Program-made: the position numbers and the translations under genes
Part shown: piece by piece, positions 17,920 to 28,848 of the stretch
Layout: each line of letters starts with the position of its first letter
Numbering within the stretch: the stretch's first letter is position 1
Origin: Elainellaceae cyanobacterium
GTDB taxonomy: Bacteria > Cyanobacteriota > Cyanobacteriia > CAZCXK01
DNA length: 40,577 nt
Direction of reading: 5' to 3'
Assembly (NCBI GenBank): GCA_051117555.1
Contig: JBNPEG010000174.1
Coordinates: forward strand, 1-40,577
Notes under the pieces: generated by a model
Seen by the model: the letters and a program-made list of their open reading frames with translations, nothing else
Databases searched by the model: none
Told to the model about the DNA's origin: nothing

Positions 17920-19650
17920 TCAGTCTTGAGCTTTGAATGAATTTAGCCACTCCCGAATCTGTTCGGATGCGATCTCACGTCCACCCAGACCAAAGGCAAG
18001 GGCGATCGCCACAGCAATGGCTCCGAGCAGTAGCCCGAATGCCAAATTGACAATATTGGTAGCAACGCCAATTTGTTGCAGCGCCATTGCAGAAATCAGC
18101 GTAATGATAGCAATGCGTGCAGTTTGCCCCAGAATTTGGGATTGGCGACCGCCAGAACTAGAAATGACGTTAAATGCCAGATTCGCGAGGTAAAGACCGA
18201 TAGCAAAGACAATTAAGCCCGCCAAAATTCGCCCAGAAATAATGACGATGCCGGTGACTAAGCTAGTGAGTGCCTCAATATTCAAGATGTTGATGGCAGC
18301 AACTGCCGCGAAGAGCATGATGCCAACCAACACAATGATGCCAACCACTTCTGACGGAGTTCGTTCTCCAATCCCGCCTGTAAGTTCGGCAGCTTCATTT
18401 TCATCGGTCGGGCGAACGTACGGTTTTAGCTCGCGAGAGGTAGGTGGTGGTGAAGTTTCACTAGGCTGAGGTGCAGGCGCAGGAGTTTCTGCCGGAGCAG
18501 ACTGCAACCCGAGCCAGTAAAAGATATTATCAAATCCAATGCTGGTGAGGATGGTCGTGACCAATTCGCCCAAAAACTTGCCTGCATAATAGGCCAGAAC
18601 TAGGATTAGCCCAGCCGTGAAGATCTCAGGCAAGGTATTAAGCACCTGGTTTAACATTGCGATCGCAGGCTCAGATACCGACTCGATATTGAGAGCATCA
18701 AGTGCTGAAATTGCGACCGGGATCAAGATTAAAGCAAATACGACTAGACCAATGATGCCCGATAGGGTTTGCTCTCTTGCTTCATCGCCGATACCCAGCC
18801 GCAGACCAAATCGGTCGATCCCCGTTGCAGCCAGCAAGTTTTTGACGATTCCTTTGACAATGGTGGCGATCAGCCAACCCACTGCAAAAATAATGACCGC
18901 AGCAACCACTCTCGGTAAGAAGGCTAAGAACTGATCCAGCAGATTCTGGACGGGTTCTAGAGGCCCCTCTAGCTGGAGCGTACTGAGAATAGACGGCAAA
19001 AAGAATAGGAAAATAAACCAGTACAGAACATTCCCAATTGTTTCACTCAGGCTAAACTGGTTGCCGTTGCCGCCCTCAGTCACGTCTGTCCCTGACTGTT
19101 GAGAAATGCGTTCATCGACTCTAAGAGCCTTTAAGCCGCGCGTCGTGATTAGCTTGACGACAGTTGCCAATGCCCATGCGATCGCCAGCAACACAGCCGC
19201 ACCACCCACGCGTGGCAAGTAGCTAAAGACCTGTTCTAATAGGCTATTAAGGGGTTCCGAAACGGCTTCTAGGTTGACGGCTTGGAAAAAAGCCACCAAC
19301 ACGAAGATGATAATAACCCAGAAGACCGTGTTGGCGACCCACTTCTCGATGGGAGGAGGGGGCGTGCCCTCTTCGTCGCCGACAATCCAAGAGGCTAAAC
19401 GATTATCGATATCAGTCCGATTCAGAAGGCCGCGTACTACTACCGCTGCAAGCGTTGCGATAATCCAACCGATAACCAAAATGGCGATCGCCCGAATTAG
19501 CGGTAGATAGGGGCCAAATTCTAATCCTGCAATTTGAAAACTGTCCCTTGCTCCATTTGTGGCTTGAGCAATCAGGGGTGGAATATTAATAGGCGCTGCA
19601 ACCGCAGCTAGCGGTAGCCCATGCCAAATATCATTCACAACGTCCGTCAC
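17920..19650 (-). CDS. Mechanosensitive channel-like multi-TM protein (CmpX / TM-helix repeat family)
   Basis: Repeated LPxxxxAxxILxxGWxxA helices; C-terminal ALQQIGVATNIVNLAFGLLLGAIAVAIALAFGLGGRE. Confidence 0.85.
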   Translation of the reverse strand: MTDVVNDIWHGLPLAAVAAPINIPPLIAQATNGARDSFQIAGLEFGPYLPLIRAIAILVIGWIIATLAAVVVRGLLNRTDIDNRLASWIVGDEEGTPPPPIEKWVANTVFWVIIIFVLVAFFQAVNLEAVSEPLNSLLEQVFSYLPRVGGAAVLLAIAWALATVVKLITTRGLKALRVDERISQQSGTDVTEGGNGNQFSLSETIGNVLYWFIFLFFLPSILSTLQLEGPLEPVQNLLDQFLAFLPRVVAAVIIFAVGWLIATIVKGIVKNLLAATGIDRFGLRLGIGDEAREQTLSGIIGLVVFALILIPVAISALDALNIESVSEPAIAMLNQVLNTLPEIFTAGLILVLAYYAGKFLGELVTTILTSIGFDNIFYWLGLQSAPAETPAPAPQPSETSPPPTSRELKPYVRPTDENEAAELTGGIGERTPSEVVGIIVLVGIMLFAAVAAINILNIEALTSLVTGIVIISGRILAGLIVFAIGLYLANLAFNVISSSGGRQSQILGQTARIAIITLISAMALQQIGVATNIVNLAFGLLLGAIAVAIALAFGLGGREIASEQIREWLNSFKAQD

Positions 19651-20084
19651 TCCTACTATGTTTACTCAGACAAATCCTAATGAGGGTAGATTACAAAGAA
19701 AATTCTCTCATCAACATCTATCTTTATGATGAATTAAGGCTTTATGGAATCTAATTTACTGGTAGTCTTAAGTTTTTATGCCAAAGCTTTGCATATCTTT
19801 GGCTTACTAGGCGGTATGGAGTATTACACCCATCCATCAGATTTCTTTATCAAGTGTGCACGCTCAAGATACGCCGAAAGGCCAGATTTCTCCTGAGGAA
19901 GAGGAACCGCCTTGGGCATAACGTGAGCCAAGTGTATCCCCCAAAAATATTATTGTAGGGACTGCTCGCTTATATCTATTCAGTAAACATCAAACAGGTC
20001 GAAGTATCAAGATTTTTCTATGCGTTCTGGAGTAATTCTCTGTGTCATCTCTATGTCATCAAAGATGTCGAGGATATGAGCGAC

Positions 20085-20172
20085 TATCATCCTATGGGCT
20101 TGGATGTGTGTGACTCCCACGGCGCTAAGGTTCTACACACGTTCGATGGTCTTATGCTCTCGAATAAGACCA
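20085..20172 (-). mobile_element. MITE family A, highly degenerate copy
   Basis: Minus strand ..CGAACGTGTGTAGAACC..CACACACATCCAAGCCCATAGG resembles family A. Confidence 0.5.
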
Positions 20173-20278
20173 GAACACGTGAGATGTTGGTTTCAGTTTG
20201 ACATGCCAGAATAAGCAGGTAGGGATGGTTCCAAGAGGGGCTATCGTTCTGCGTCTTTCAGTGATATGTGATTAGGTG

Positions 20279-20737
20279 ATGTCTCCGATTCAAGTGTTTG
20301 AGCAGTCCATTCGAATTAACGCCAGCGCAACAGCCGTCGAAACGTGCCTAACTGACCGTACCCTAATGCATCGTTGGCTGAATCCGGCGCTACGGTGTGA
20401 GCCTATCGGTGAATGGAGCACGGATCTGGGAAGCAAAACTCGCTTTATCATTCAAATTCCCGGACTCAAGCCTAGCCTCCGCAGCACGGTCATTGAGCGA
20501 GAACCAGGACTGATCGTTTGGGAATTTAATGGATTCTTTCAAGGGCGCGATCGCTGGGAATGCCAACCGGGTCAACACGGAACGACGCTAATCAATCGAT
20601 TTGAATTTAAGGTTCCGAATCCGCTCATTCGATTCGGGTTTGAAACCTTTGCTGCTAAGTGGACCCAGCAGGATATGCAGGATCAGCTTCGGCGGCTCAA
20701 GCGAGTCGCAGAAAGGCTCCATGAAAGCTTTCAATGA
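20279..20737 (+). CDS. SRPBCC (polyketide cyclase/dehydrase-like) protein
   Basis: FEQSIRINASA..VE, MHRWLNP, WEFNGFFQGRDRWEC, C-terminal helix LRRLKRVAE. Confidence 0.85.
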   Translation: MSPIQVFEQSIRINASATAVETCLTDRTLMHRWLNPALRCEPIGEWSTDLGSKTRFIIQIPGLKPSLRSTVIEREPGLIVWEFNGFFQGRDRWECQPGQHGTTLINRFEFKVPNPLIRFGFETFAAKWTQQDMQDQLRRLKRVAERLHESFQ

Positions 20738-20893
20738 TGCACTCAATGATGCAATAGGCTTTTCGTTCTGTTACAAGCTGTAGTTGTGACAGGACGAAAA
20801 TAGTGTAAATTCTTAAAAAGTTGAAACTCTTGAAATCGGTGCGTTACGCTGCGCTAACAGCACCCTACCTGATGCATCATTTTAGCCGTGCCA

Positions 20894-20971
20894 GTAGGTT
20901 GGGTAAAGCCCTTTGGGCATGGCTTCGCTAAAGCGCTAGCGTAACCCAACGCAACTATTGCTGACGTTGGG
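20894..20971. repeat. REP-like element (GTAGGTTGGGT..AACCCAAC) carrying a 26-bp insertion
   Basis: Same family as 161-225 and 28513; insert at 20905-20930. Confidence 0.7.
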
Positions 20972-21107
20972 TTTTCTCTTTCAGGGACGCTTTGCGTTCG
21001 CAAGGAAGTTTTGTCAGTCAGTGAGCGACTCACTCACGTCGCGGGCAAGATGCTCACTCTCTCAATGATTGGCTGACAAATGATTGGCTGATTTCTGTTA
21101 AACGATA

Positions 21108-21926
21108 CTAGCCACCGTCTATCCGTTCAAGGATCTGGCGCACGACAGCAGCATCTCGAGCCAGCGGCGTGTGGTTTAGATAGCTTTCTAAATCATGGCG
21201 GGCTTCAGTCCAACGCTTGATCTGATAGTATAACAACCCGCGATCGCGCAACTCCGTCGGTGATTCAGGATTTAATAACAAGAGGCGATCGATGGCGGCC
21301 AAACACTTTGAGATGTTGCCTTGGTCTATATAAATAAATTTCAGGTTGGTGAGCATTCGAGCTAAAAATTGTCGAGCATCCACTGCTAAAAACTCTGGAC
21401 GAAAGGCGATCGCCCCACCCGATAGTTCGGTGAGCCGCTCCTGACAGTCTTCAGAAAACATAATTTCCCCACGATGGAACGGATCAACAAAGATAGCCAT
21501 CTCAGGGAGGGTCGGGCGAATCAAAAAGTGCCCCGGCATACCCACGCCCTCCATCGGAAACTCTAGTCGTTTTGCCAGTTCTAAATATACGAGGGATAGG
21601 GTGATTGGAATTCCGGTTCGCCGCTCGATGACTTGATTGAGATAGCTATTGTCTGGGTCATAGTAGTTTGCTGTATTTCCTCGAAAACCCAGATCGTCAT
21701 AGAGATAGTGATTGATAGATTGGATGATACGCAACGGGTATGATTCGTCTGAAAGCTGCTCTCGGATATCAGCCGCCATCGCATCAAGCGCATTTAAATA
21801 CTCATCCGGATCAAGCGTCGGATATTCTTCTTGAGCGATATACAGTGCGGCTCGTGCCAGATCGATCTGGTCATCAGGCTGATGAATTTCGGAGTAAAAA
21901 TTGTGTCGAGCGATTGGAAAATCCAT
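21108..21926 (-). CDS. SirB1-like protein (transglutaminase-like core + TPR)
   Basis: GFRGN..NYYDPDNSYL..V..RRTGIPITLS, GMPGHFL, VDPFHRG, ELRDRGLLYY. Confidence 0.9.
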   Translation of the reverse strand: MDFPIARHNFYSEIHQPDDQIDLARAALYIAQEEYPTLDPDEYLNALDAMAADIREQLSDESYPLRIIQSINHYLYDDLGFRGNTANYYDPDNSYLNQVIERRTGIPITLSLVYLELAKRLEFPMEGVGMPGHFLIRPTLPEMAIFVDPFHRGEIMFSEDCQERLTELSGGAIAFRPEFLAVDARQFLARMLTNLKFIYIDQGNISKCLAAIDRLLLLNPESPTELRDRGLLYYQIKRWTEARHDLESYLNHTPLARDAAVVRQILERIDGG

Positions 21927-21984
21927 AGATGGTTAGTTGTAATCCTCCATCCGAATGAGGGCAAAGCCCAAGACAGCATGGTGC

Positions 21985-23532
21985 TCATGAATCATAATCA
22001 TCCCCAGACCCATAGCGCCACGCATCAATCCAACGATTGAGGTAATATGCCTGAGCCGGAGGCAATGTTTTAATCACCGGGTATGCCGACTTGCCAAGAG
22101 CGCTGAGGGCAGTATAAGCAGCTAAATTGGTATAGTGAAACATCCAGTTAAGCAACGTGGATATGCCGACGTGGGGAATGATTTTAACCACCATTCCAGG
22201 ATGCTTAATAGAGGTACGGGTTAGGGTTTGAAACAGACCCGAAAATTGCACAACGTCTTGTAGAAACGGCTTGAGAACGCGATCGCCCAACTGATGCATG
22301 TCTTGAAATACATCCGACAGCAGGTGATTAATTTGATTGGGGTCGATCGTTTGATCCACTCCAACGCTCATCGCCCGCTGGAACAGCCACGTCACCGACA
22401 GGTTGGGCTGATAGGGCTGCAAAAGTGCAAGAGCGCCCCGATTAAGCTGATCGGCTTGCAGCGCGTCATGAACGCCGTAGGTGAGTCGTTTTAAGTGACG
22501 AATCATGGCTCCAAATCCGCCAAAGCTCAAGGGAGATTGACTGCCGCTACTGTCTCCAATAGCCAAGAAGCGATCCCAAGGAAGCTGCAATGGGCTGTGT
22601 CGATAGCAGGGAAAGAAGCCAAACAGCACGCGTTTGAAATCGAGCTGAGCCAGGTCGACTCCTTGATAGCTCGGCAGTAGTCGCAAATACTCTTCAAATA
22701 AATCTTCTAAGTTAGGGCGCTGCGGATGAGCATCCAGGTAGGTAAACAAGTAGGTTGTGCGTCCATCACGGGCTGGAAATGCCTCCCAGAAGTATTGACA
22801 GTGATGCTCGATGGGTGTGATAGATGCAAACAGATCGCCCGTCGAATTATCGGGAAATCCTTGCGCGCAACTGCCGACGACCATACATACAGCATCCGGT
22901 TTTTCGCCACCCCGAGCTTGCTTGGCGATAGGAGAAAAGTGTCCCATTGCGTCTACCACGAGGCGAGTGGTGAGTCCCTGCCCGGCATCGATATGCACCC
23001 CATTGGGATGAACAGTTGCGCCAGAGAAAGGAGTCTCTTCAAACAGCGTGCCACCCGCGTCGAGAAATTTTGATTTGAGGGTGTCGAGCAAGTACACTGG
23101 GTCAACACCAATGTTGAGGACATCCTTGACCCAAAGCTCAACGCCCTCATGAAAGGCAATGCGGGCGGGGTTATAGTCTGTGGCGATCGCCTGATTGAGT
23201 TCGTCATGAGTGAGTAAATTAAGCTCAACGAAGACATCAAGCTCACGTCGAGAAATATTCCATTCTTGATCGCGACCTCGCAAGCGGCCCTTCTCAAGAA
23301 TCGCAACTCGCCAGCCTTGCCGAACCAAGGCACTCCCCAATAAGATGCCTAGGGTACCGCCACAAATCACCACATCCCAATCAATCGTATCGAGTGGCTC
23401 CTTCGCATTATCTACGACCTGCGGCACCGATAGCTCATCGTGCTTATAGCGTTGCCACATACTATCTGCGCGATGCAGGTTGTCGAGGGCGTTTTCTGGA
23501 AGCTGCGGACGGACTTGCTCAATCAAAGACAT
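21985..23532 (-). CDS. cruP: CruA/CruP-family FAD-dependent lycopene-cyclase-like protein
   Basis: DVVICGGTLG, GRDQEWNISRREL, DAMGHFSPI, QYFWEAFP, QSPLSFGGFG, PYQPNLSVTWLFQ; 515 aa fits CruP rather than CruA. Confidence 0.82.
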   Translation of the reverse strand: MSLIEQVRPQLPENALDNLHRADSMWQRYKHDELSVPQVVDNAKEPLDTIDWDVVICGGTLGILLGSALVRQGWRVAILEKGRLRGRDQEWNISRRELDVFVELNLLTHDELNQAIATDYNPARIAFHEGVELWVKDVLNIGVDPVYLLDTLKSKFLDAGGTLFEETPFSGATVHPNGVHIDAGQGLTTRLVVDAMGHFSPIAKQARGGEKPDAVCMVVGSCAQGFPDNSTGDLFASITPIEHHCQYFWEAFPARDGRTTYLFTYLDAHPQRPNLEDLFEEYLRLLPSYQGVDLAQLDFKRVLFGFFPCYRHSPLQLPWDRFLAIGDSSGSQSPLSFGGFGAMIRHLKRLTYGVHDALQADQLNRGALALLQPYQPNLSVTWLFQRAMSVGVDQTIDPNQINHLLSDVFQDMHQLGDRVLKPFLQDVVQFSGLFQTLTRTSIKHPGMVVKIIPHVGISTLLNWMFHYTNLAAYTALSALGKSAYPVIKTLPPAQAYYLNRWIDAWRYGSGDDYDS

Positions 23533-23733
23533 AACGAGAATTTATAGTGATCTCTATTCCTTGCATCCTATATCAAGGGGGCGCGCTTGACATCAAACAA
23601 AAGTAAGGGGTTTGAGGATGAAGCCATACTGGTGCGTTACGCTGACGCTTTAGCGTAGCCATGCCTGAAAGGCTATACAGCTCCCTACTTCCGCCTTCCG
23701 CTTTCCGTCTTTCGCTTTAATAATGCCAATCCC

Positions 23734-26700
23734 CTACTGTGCATTGATTTGCTGATGGACCGCCTGTAGTAGATCTTGATTGGTAAAAGGCTTTGATAAT
23801 AGCGCGATCGCGCCCATCGATTCAGCAATATGGTGATATTGCCCTAACAGTCCACTCATTGCCACGATGTTAATCTCAGGATTGATCGTTTGAAGGGTTT
23901 GAATTGCGGTTGATCCGTCCATCGTCGGCATCATCATATCGATTAAAACGACTTGAATGGCTTGAGTGTCATGCTGATGTTGCATATATTGCGCGATCGC
24001 CTCGATGCCGTTGCTAGCCGTCAGCACTCGATACTGATATAGCTCTAACACGGCTTTGGTTGTTTCAAGAATCAACGGCTCATCATCAACCACCAAAATC
24101 AATTCACCGTGCCCGGAGAGCGTATGCGGTTCGTGAGTAGACGAGGGTGCTTGGCTGAGAATTCCGGGTAAATAGACCGTAAATTCAGTTCCTTGCTCAA
24201 CCTCGCTGGATACGTGCATAAATCCACCCTGTTTATTCACAATTCCCAAGGTAGTTGAAAGCCCTAGCCCTGTACCTTGACCCGGTTCTTTTGTTGTAAA
24301 AAAAGGCGTAAAAATTTGCTCTAGATGCTCCGGAGAAATACCAATCCCGCTATCCACAATCGTCACAGCCACATAATTTCCGACACATGCATCTTTGTGC
24401 ATCTGGACAAACAGGTCATCAATGACCAAATTTTTGACGGAGATTGTCAGCAACCCACCATCGGGCATAGCATCTCGCGCATTCACACAAAGATTCATGA
24501 ATACTTGATGCAACTGAGTTGGGTTTGCAGAAACGAGCCACAGGTTAGAGGTGGGAATATAGCTACGGATTTCAATTGACTTGGGAAAGGTTTGCCGAAT
24601 AATCTGCACGACTTCTGAGATCAAATGTCCGGGTTGCAGCAGAATCGGTTTTCCTTCCGTTCCGCGAGCAAATGACAGGACTTGTTTAACTAGATCGGCA
24701 CCCCGCTTAGCGCTCTCGTTTAATGAATGTAAGAGGTCTTGGGTTTTGGGGTCGACCGGCTTTAGTTTCATGGGCAGCAGTTGGGCGATCGCCAAAATCG
24801 GCGTAAAGATGTTGTTGAGGTCGTGGGCGATTCCACTTGCCAGCGTGCCAATGTTTTCGAGTCGCTGGGCGCGATAAAACTGTGCCTCTAACTGCTTTTT
24901 CTCAGTGATGTCAGTGTTGACCACCAGAATAGATTTGGGCGTATCTGATTCCCGTTGCATTAGCGTCCAACGGCTCGCCACAATAATGGATCGACCCGAC
25001 TTCGTGACTTGATTCAGCTCACCTTGCCAAGAGCTTTGTTCCGTTGTGATTTTCAAACTTTCATTAACTTGAGTGAGAGACTCTTGCTGAAATAATTCAG
25101 TGGCAATGCTGCCAATTGCTTCATCTGCCGTCCAGCCATAGAGAGATTCTGCACCATGACTCCAAAACAAAATGCGGTTTTCTAAATCTCGAACAAAAAT
25201 TGCGTCGGTAGCGACGTCAATCAAAGCGGCTTGTTCGCGGATTTTTTGTTCAGCCTGTTTGCGCTGAGTGATTTCTTCCGCGGTGATTATATACCCCGTG
25301 ATCTCGTCTTCAGCAGAATGGAGGGTAGCAGCGCGAGACGACACCCAGCGAATCTTCCGTTGGGGGGTCAAAATTCGAAACTCGTGGGAAAACGGTTGCC
25401 CCCCTATAATGTATCCCTCCAGCGCATCAGATAGCGCCTGCTGATCCCCAGGATGAACCGCACGCTGCCAGCCATTCCCGAGGCAGTCTTCAGCACTCAG
25501 CTCAAATATGTGTTGCCAGCACGTATTGGTATGCAAGCAGATGCCATCCGCGTTCATTTGGCAAATACCAATAGGAGCAGCATCATTCAAAGAACGAAAT
25601 CGCTCCTCGCTTTCTTGCAATACGTCTTGCATGCGTCGCCGTTCGATTAGCTCACGGCGTGTTTGCTGATAGAGTTCTGATTGCTGAATGGCAATGCCTA
25701 CCTGGGTTGACAGCCGCTCAAGTAGCTGAATTTCTTCAGGCTTCCATTCTCGGGGCGCAGAGCAATGATGGGCAACAAGTAAGCCCCAGAGCGTTTCTCC
25801 TTGCAAAATCGAAACAACTAGATTCGCTCTGACTTGAAAGCTCTGGAGTAATTCAATGTGGCAGGGGGGCAACTCTGTATCGTGAATGTCGGCGACTGCA
25901 AAGACTCGTCCTTGACGATAGCGGGTCACATAGAGCTCTGAGAAACACGGATCATAAATTGTTGTAGATAGGAGCTGAACCCAATCTGAACCGACTGACT
26001 CCATCACAACGGTGCCTCGCCAATCGGAGTGAAAGCGAAGGATGAACACTCGGTCGGTATCTAAGAATTGCCGGACTTGCTCAACCGTGCGGTGTAATAC
26101 GTCATTCAAATCGAGCGATCGCCGAATGTCTTGAGCAATTTCTGAAATGACTTGTTCTTGGGCAATTTGCCGCTGCAATACTGCTTCTGCTTGCTTGCGA
26201 TCGCTAATATCTCGCAACAGCCAGCGCCGTCCGATAGGCTGCCCCTGAGCATCAAGCACGATTGTGACAGAAATGCTAGCTGGAACCGGAGGGCGATCGC
26301 GAGGCTGTAGAGTAACATCCCAATTTTGAATGGGCACGAGTTGTGCGAGGCGGTCGAGAAACTGCTTAATCTCTGGCTTAGCAATAAAGACAGTCAGCGG
26401 TTTGCCCAGCAAATAGGCATGATTGAGCAGGATTATGGCAGCCCGATTTGCCTCTTGAATGATGCCGCGCAGATCGGTAATCAAATAGCCATCCGGCGCC
26501 AACTCAAATAGATCTTGGTATCGCTGATGTTCTACTTCTAAGCTCAGCCGAGCGTCGTGGAGTGCTTCATTTTGCTGATGCAGTTCTTCTTCTGCAATAT
26601 GCAATTCTTCTAAGACAAGCTGCAACTTATCGTTGGCGACTTGCAGTTGCACTATTTGTTCGATAGTAGGCTGCTCGACATCTTCCTCAAACTCTCGGCA

Positions 26701-27240
26701 ATCAACCTCTTTTTGAAGTAAATTAGCGTGAACATCTCTGGAGATGACAGCCTGCTCCTCAAGTTGCTGATTGAGAATCTTAATCCCCTGATAGATTCTC
26801 TCTAGAGTCAATAGTCCCACAAAGTGATTTTGCTCATCAGTCACGGGCAAATACTGAATCTGATGCCGACGCATTAACGCTAGCGCAGTAAACAGAGTCG
26901 GGGAATCTGACGTATTCAGCGTAACGGGGAGCTGCTCTATCACCTCGGCAATACTCACGTCCGATAGGTCGATTTCTGTTGCAACTAGCCGGATAATGTC
27001 TTGCGCGGTGAAGATCCCCAACAAGTGTGACGAGTCTAGAATCAGTGCACAGCTATTCCAGTTGGGATGATATCCTCGCAGAGCTAATGGAATCGTATAC
27101 CGCTCGGCTCGATGATTTGCCTGGGCTTGGCTCATCCGCGCAATGACATCTTGAACAGAGGTGTCAGGCGCAACGGTTAGCGGAGTTCGGTCTATGATTT
27201 CTTCTATATCAATAAATTGCGTTGCTGTAAGATGCCGCAT
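23734..27240 (-). CDS. Hybrid sensor histidine kinase: CBS pair, PAS x3, DXCF cyanobacteriochrome GAF, HisKA, HATPase, REC
   Basis: GAF motifs IYDPCF and PPCHIELL; GIAHDLNN; NARDAM; DSGIG; GTGLGL; LVVDDE..DMMMP. Confidence 0.93.
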   Translation of the reverse strand: MRHLTATQFIDIEEIIDRTPLTVAPDTSVQDVIARMSQAQANHRAERYTIPLALRGYHPNWNSCALILDSSHLLGIFTAQDIIRLVATEIDLSDVSIAEVIEQLPVTLNTSDSPTLFTALALMRRHQIQYLPVTDEQNHFVGLLTLERIYQGIKILNQQLEEQAVISRDVHANLLQKEVDCREFEEDVEQPTIEQIVQLQVANDKLQLVLEELHIAEEELHQQNEALHDARLSLEVEHQRYQDLFELAPDGYLITDLRGIIQEANRAAIILLNHAYLLGKPLTVFIAKPEIKQFLDRLAQLVPIQNWDVTLQPRDRPPVPASISVTIVLDAQGQPIGRRWLLRDISDRKQAEAVLQRQIAQEQVISEIAQDIRRSLDLNDVLHRTVEQVRQFLDTDRVFILRFHSDWRGTVVMESVGSDWVQLLSTTIYDPCFSELYVTRYRQGRVFAVADIHDTELPPCHIELLQSFQVRANLVVSILQGETLWGLLVAHHCSAPREWKPEEIQLLERLSTQVGIAIQQSELYQQTRRELIERRRMQDVLQESEERFRSLNDAAPIGICQMNADGICLHTNTCWQHIFELSAEDCLGNGWQRAVHPGDQQALSDALEGYIIGGQPFSHEFRILTPQRKIRWVSSRAATLHSAEDEITGYIITAEEITQRKQAEQKIREQAALIDVATDAIFVRDLENRILFWSHGAESLYGWTADEAIGSIATELFQQESLTQVNESLKITTEQSSWQGELNQVTKSGRSIIVASRWTLMQRESDTPKSILVVNTDITEKKQLEAQFYRAQRLENIGTLASGIAHDLNNIFTPILAIAQLLPMKLKPVDPKTQDLLHSLNESAKRGADLVKQVLSFARGTEGKPILLQPGHLISEVVQIIRQTFPKSIEIRSYIPTSNLWLVSANPTQLHQVFMNLCVNARDAMPDGGLLTISVKNLVIDDLFVQMHKDACVGNYVAVTIVDSGIGISPEHLEQIFTPFFTTKEPGQGTGLGLSTTLGIVNKQGGFMHVSSEVEQGTEFTVYLPGILSQAPSSTHEPHTLSGHGELILVVDDEPLILETTKAVLELYQYRVLTASNGIEAIAQYMQHQHDTQAIQVVLIDMMMPTMDGSTAIQTLQTINPEINIVAMSGLLGQYHHIAESMGAIALLSKPFTNQDLLQAVHQQINAQ

Positions 27241-27520
27241 AAGTGAATAGGTTCAATAAAACCTGACTAGATGTTTTTAACCTAACTACCTTACTCAATG
27301 CAATCTCACGTCGGCTTAGTCTGCTTAAGCACCCTGGAACGTCGACATGCGTTAAAGCAATCCTACATTTTCTGACATGGGTTGGCTAGCCAATCGCTGC
27401 ACAGACATATCAAAAAAAAAAGATGGAAGCCTCAAATCTGGACTGAGTGATTGATTGAAGTATTTATAAAACTTACTTATTACATTCAATAAATATAAAG
27501 AAACACGACAAACTCGTTAT

Positions 27521-28408
27521 TTATTGACTCTGCCTAGGGTCGAGCGCATCTCGGAGCCCGTCGCCTAGCAAATTAAACGCTAACACAGTTAGTGTGATAA
27601 ACAATCCTGGAAAAACAATCGTCCAAGGAGACTGAAGCGAATAGCCTCCCTTGAATGCATCTGAAAGCATCGTACCCAGTTCGGGAGTCGGAGGCTGTGC
27701 GCCCAATCCCAAAAACCCTAGTCCCGCAGCTTCTAAGGTTGCCGTTCCGATCGCCAGAGTTGCCTGAACGACGATGGGAGCCAGGCTTGACGGCAGAATA
27801 TGGAGAAATATGATTCGAGGAGGGGTTGCTCCAAAGGCTCTTATTGTTTGCACAAACTCTTGCTCTCGCAACGATAAGACCATACTGCGAGTCAGGCGGA
27901 TAAACTTGGGCAACTGCACCAAGCCGACCGCAAACATCACGCTGACGGTGCTCGGCCCGGTCACTGTGACAATGGCGATCGCCAACAAAATGGATGGAAA
28001 CGCCAGCATAACATCCGTAACCCAGCCCACACCGACTTCTAGCTTGCCTCGAAAATATCCAGCCGCTAGCCCCAGCAACACTCCAATAATCATGCCAATG
28101 AGCACTGCTACTAAACCAATCATGAGCGACGTACGCAGTCCATACCAAACTTGACTGAGAATATCGCGCCCCAGCCCATCAGTTCCAAACCAATGCTCTA
28201 AGCTAGGGGGATTGAGTCGGGCTGCATAGTTGCGATCAGTCGCTGGATCATAAGGATGTAGGATTGGAGCTAGCAACGCCGCCAGCACAATAAACGCAGT
28301 AATTCCCAGACCAATGAGCCCAGACGTGGAGTCTAGAAATCGCTGAACGGAACGCTGCTGCCAAAACTTTGCAAGCGGGGATTGAGTCGACGGAACAGTT
28401 GGGGTCAT
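27521..28408 (-). CDS. dppC: Peptide/nickel ABC transporter permease (DppC/OppC)
   Basis: HWFGTDGLGRDI, AFPSILLAI, HILPSSLAP, LGFLGLG, FNLLGDGLRDALDPR. Confidence 0.9.
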   Translation of the reverse strand: MTPTVPSTQSPLAKFWQQRSVQRFLDSTSGLIGLGITAFIVLAALLAPILHPYDPATDRNYAARLNPPSLEHWFGTDGLGRDILSQVWYGLRTSLMIGLVAVLIGMIIGVLLGLAAGYFRGKLEVGVGWVTDVMLAFPSILLAIAIVTVTGPSTVSVMFAVGLVQLPKFIRLTRSMVLSLREQEFVQTIRAFGATPPRIIFLHILPSSLAPIVVQATLAIGTATLEAAGLGFLGLGAQPPTPELGTMLSDAFKGGYSLQSPWTIVFPGLFITLTVLAFNLLGDGLRDALDPRQSQ

Positions 28409-28596
28409 GCGGTGAGATGTAATGATGCGCTCAGCATACCGTGAAGTCTAAACGGCACACTGCTTAAAGTAAACATCTACAGCGATCGCCCTAGCATGGC
28501 ACAGCTAAAATAGTAGGTTGGGTTGCGGCGTTACCAAAACTCGACAGAATAAGAGTTCTGGAAACGTGGGTCTTGTACCTCTGTAGAGTATCTGGA

Positions 28597-28848
28597 GAGT
28601 CTCCAAACCTCTTTAAAGAGTCTCTGAGTCTATCGAGAGAGTCTCTGAACCTCTTTAAAGAGTCTCTAAGTTTGTTGAGAGAGTCTCTGAGTCTGTTTAA
28701 AGAGTGTTCAAGATTGTCTAGAGAGTCTCCGAACCTCTTTAAAGAGTCTCTGAGTGTGTCTAGAGAGTCTCTGAACCTCTTTAAAGAGTCTCTGAGTGTG
28801 TCTAGAGAGTCTCTGAACCTCTTTAAAGAATCTCCGAATCTCTTTAAA
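28597..28848. repeat. 12 x 21-bp tandem array with ~42-bp higher-order alternation
   Basis: Units such as GAGTCTCTGAACCTCTTTAAA alternate with GAGTCTCTGAGTGTGTCTAGA; 252 bp, no indels. Confidence 0.95.

Noticed and set aside
28597..28848. CRISPR array
   Set aside because: The variable parts are only ~10-13 nt, resemble each other and are sometimes identical; the period is strictly 21 bp; no cas genes are present.
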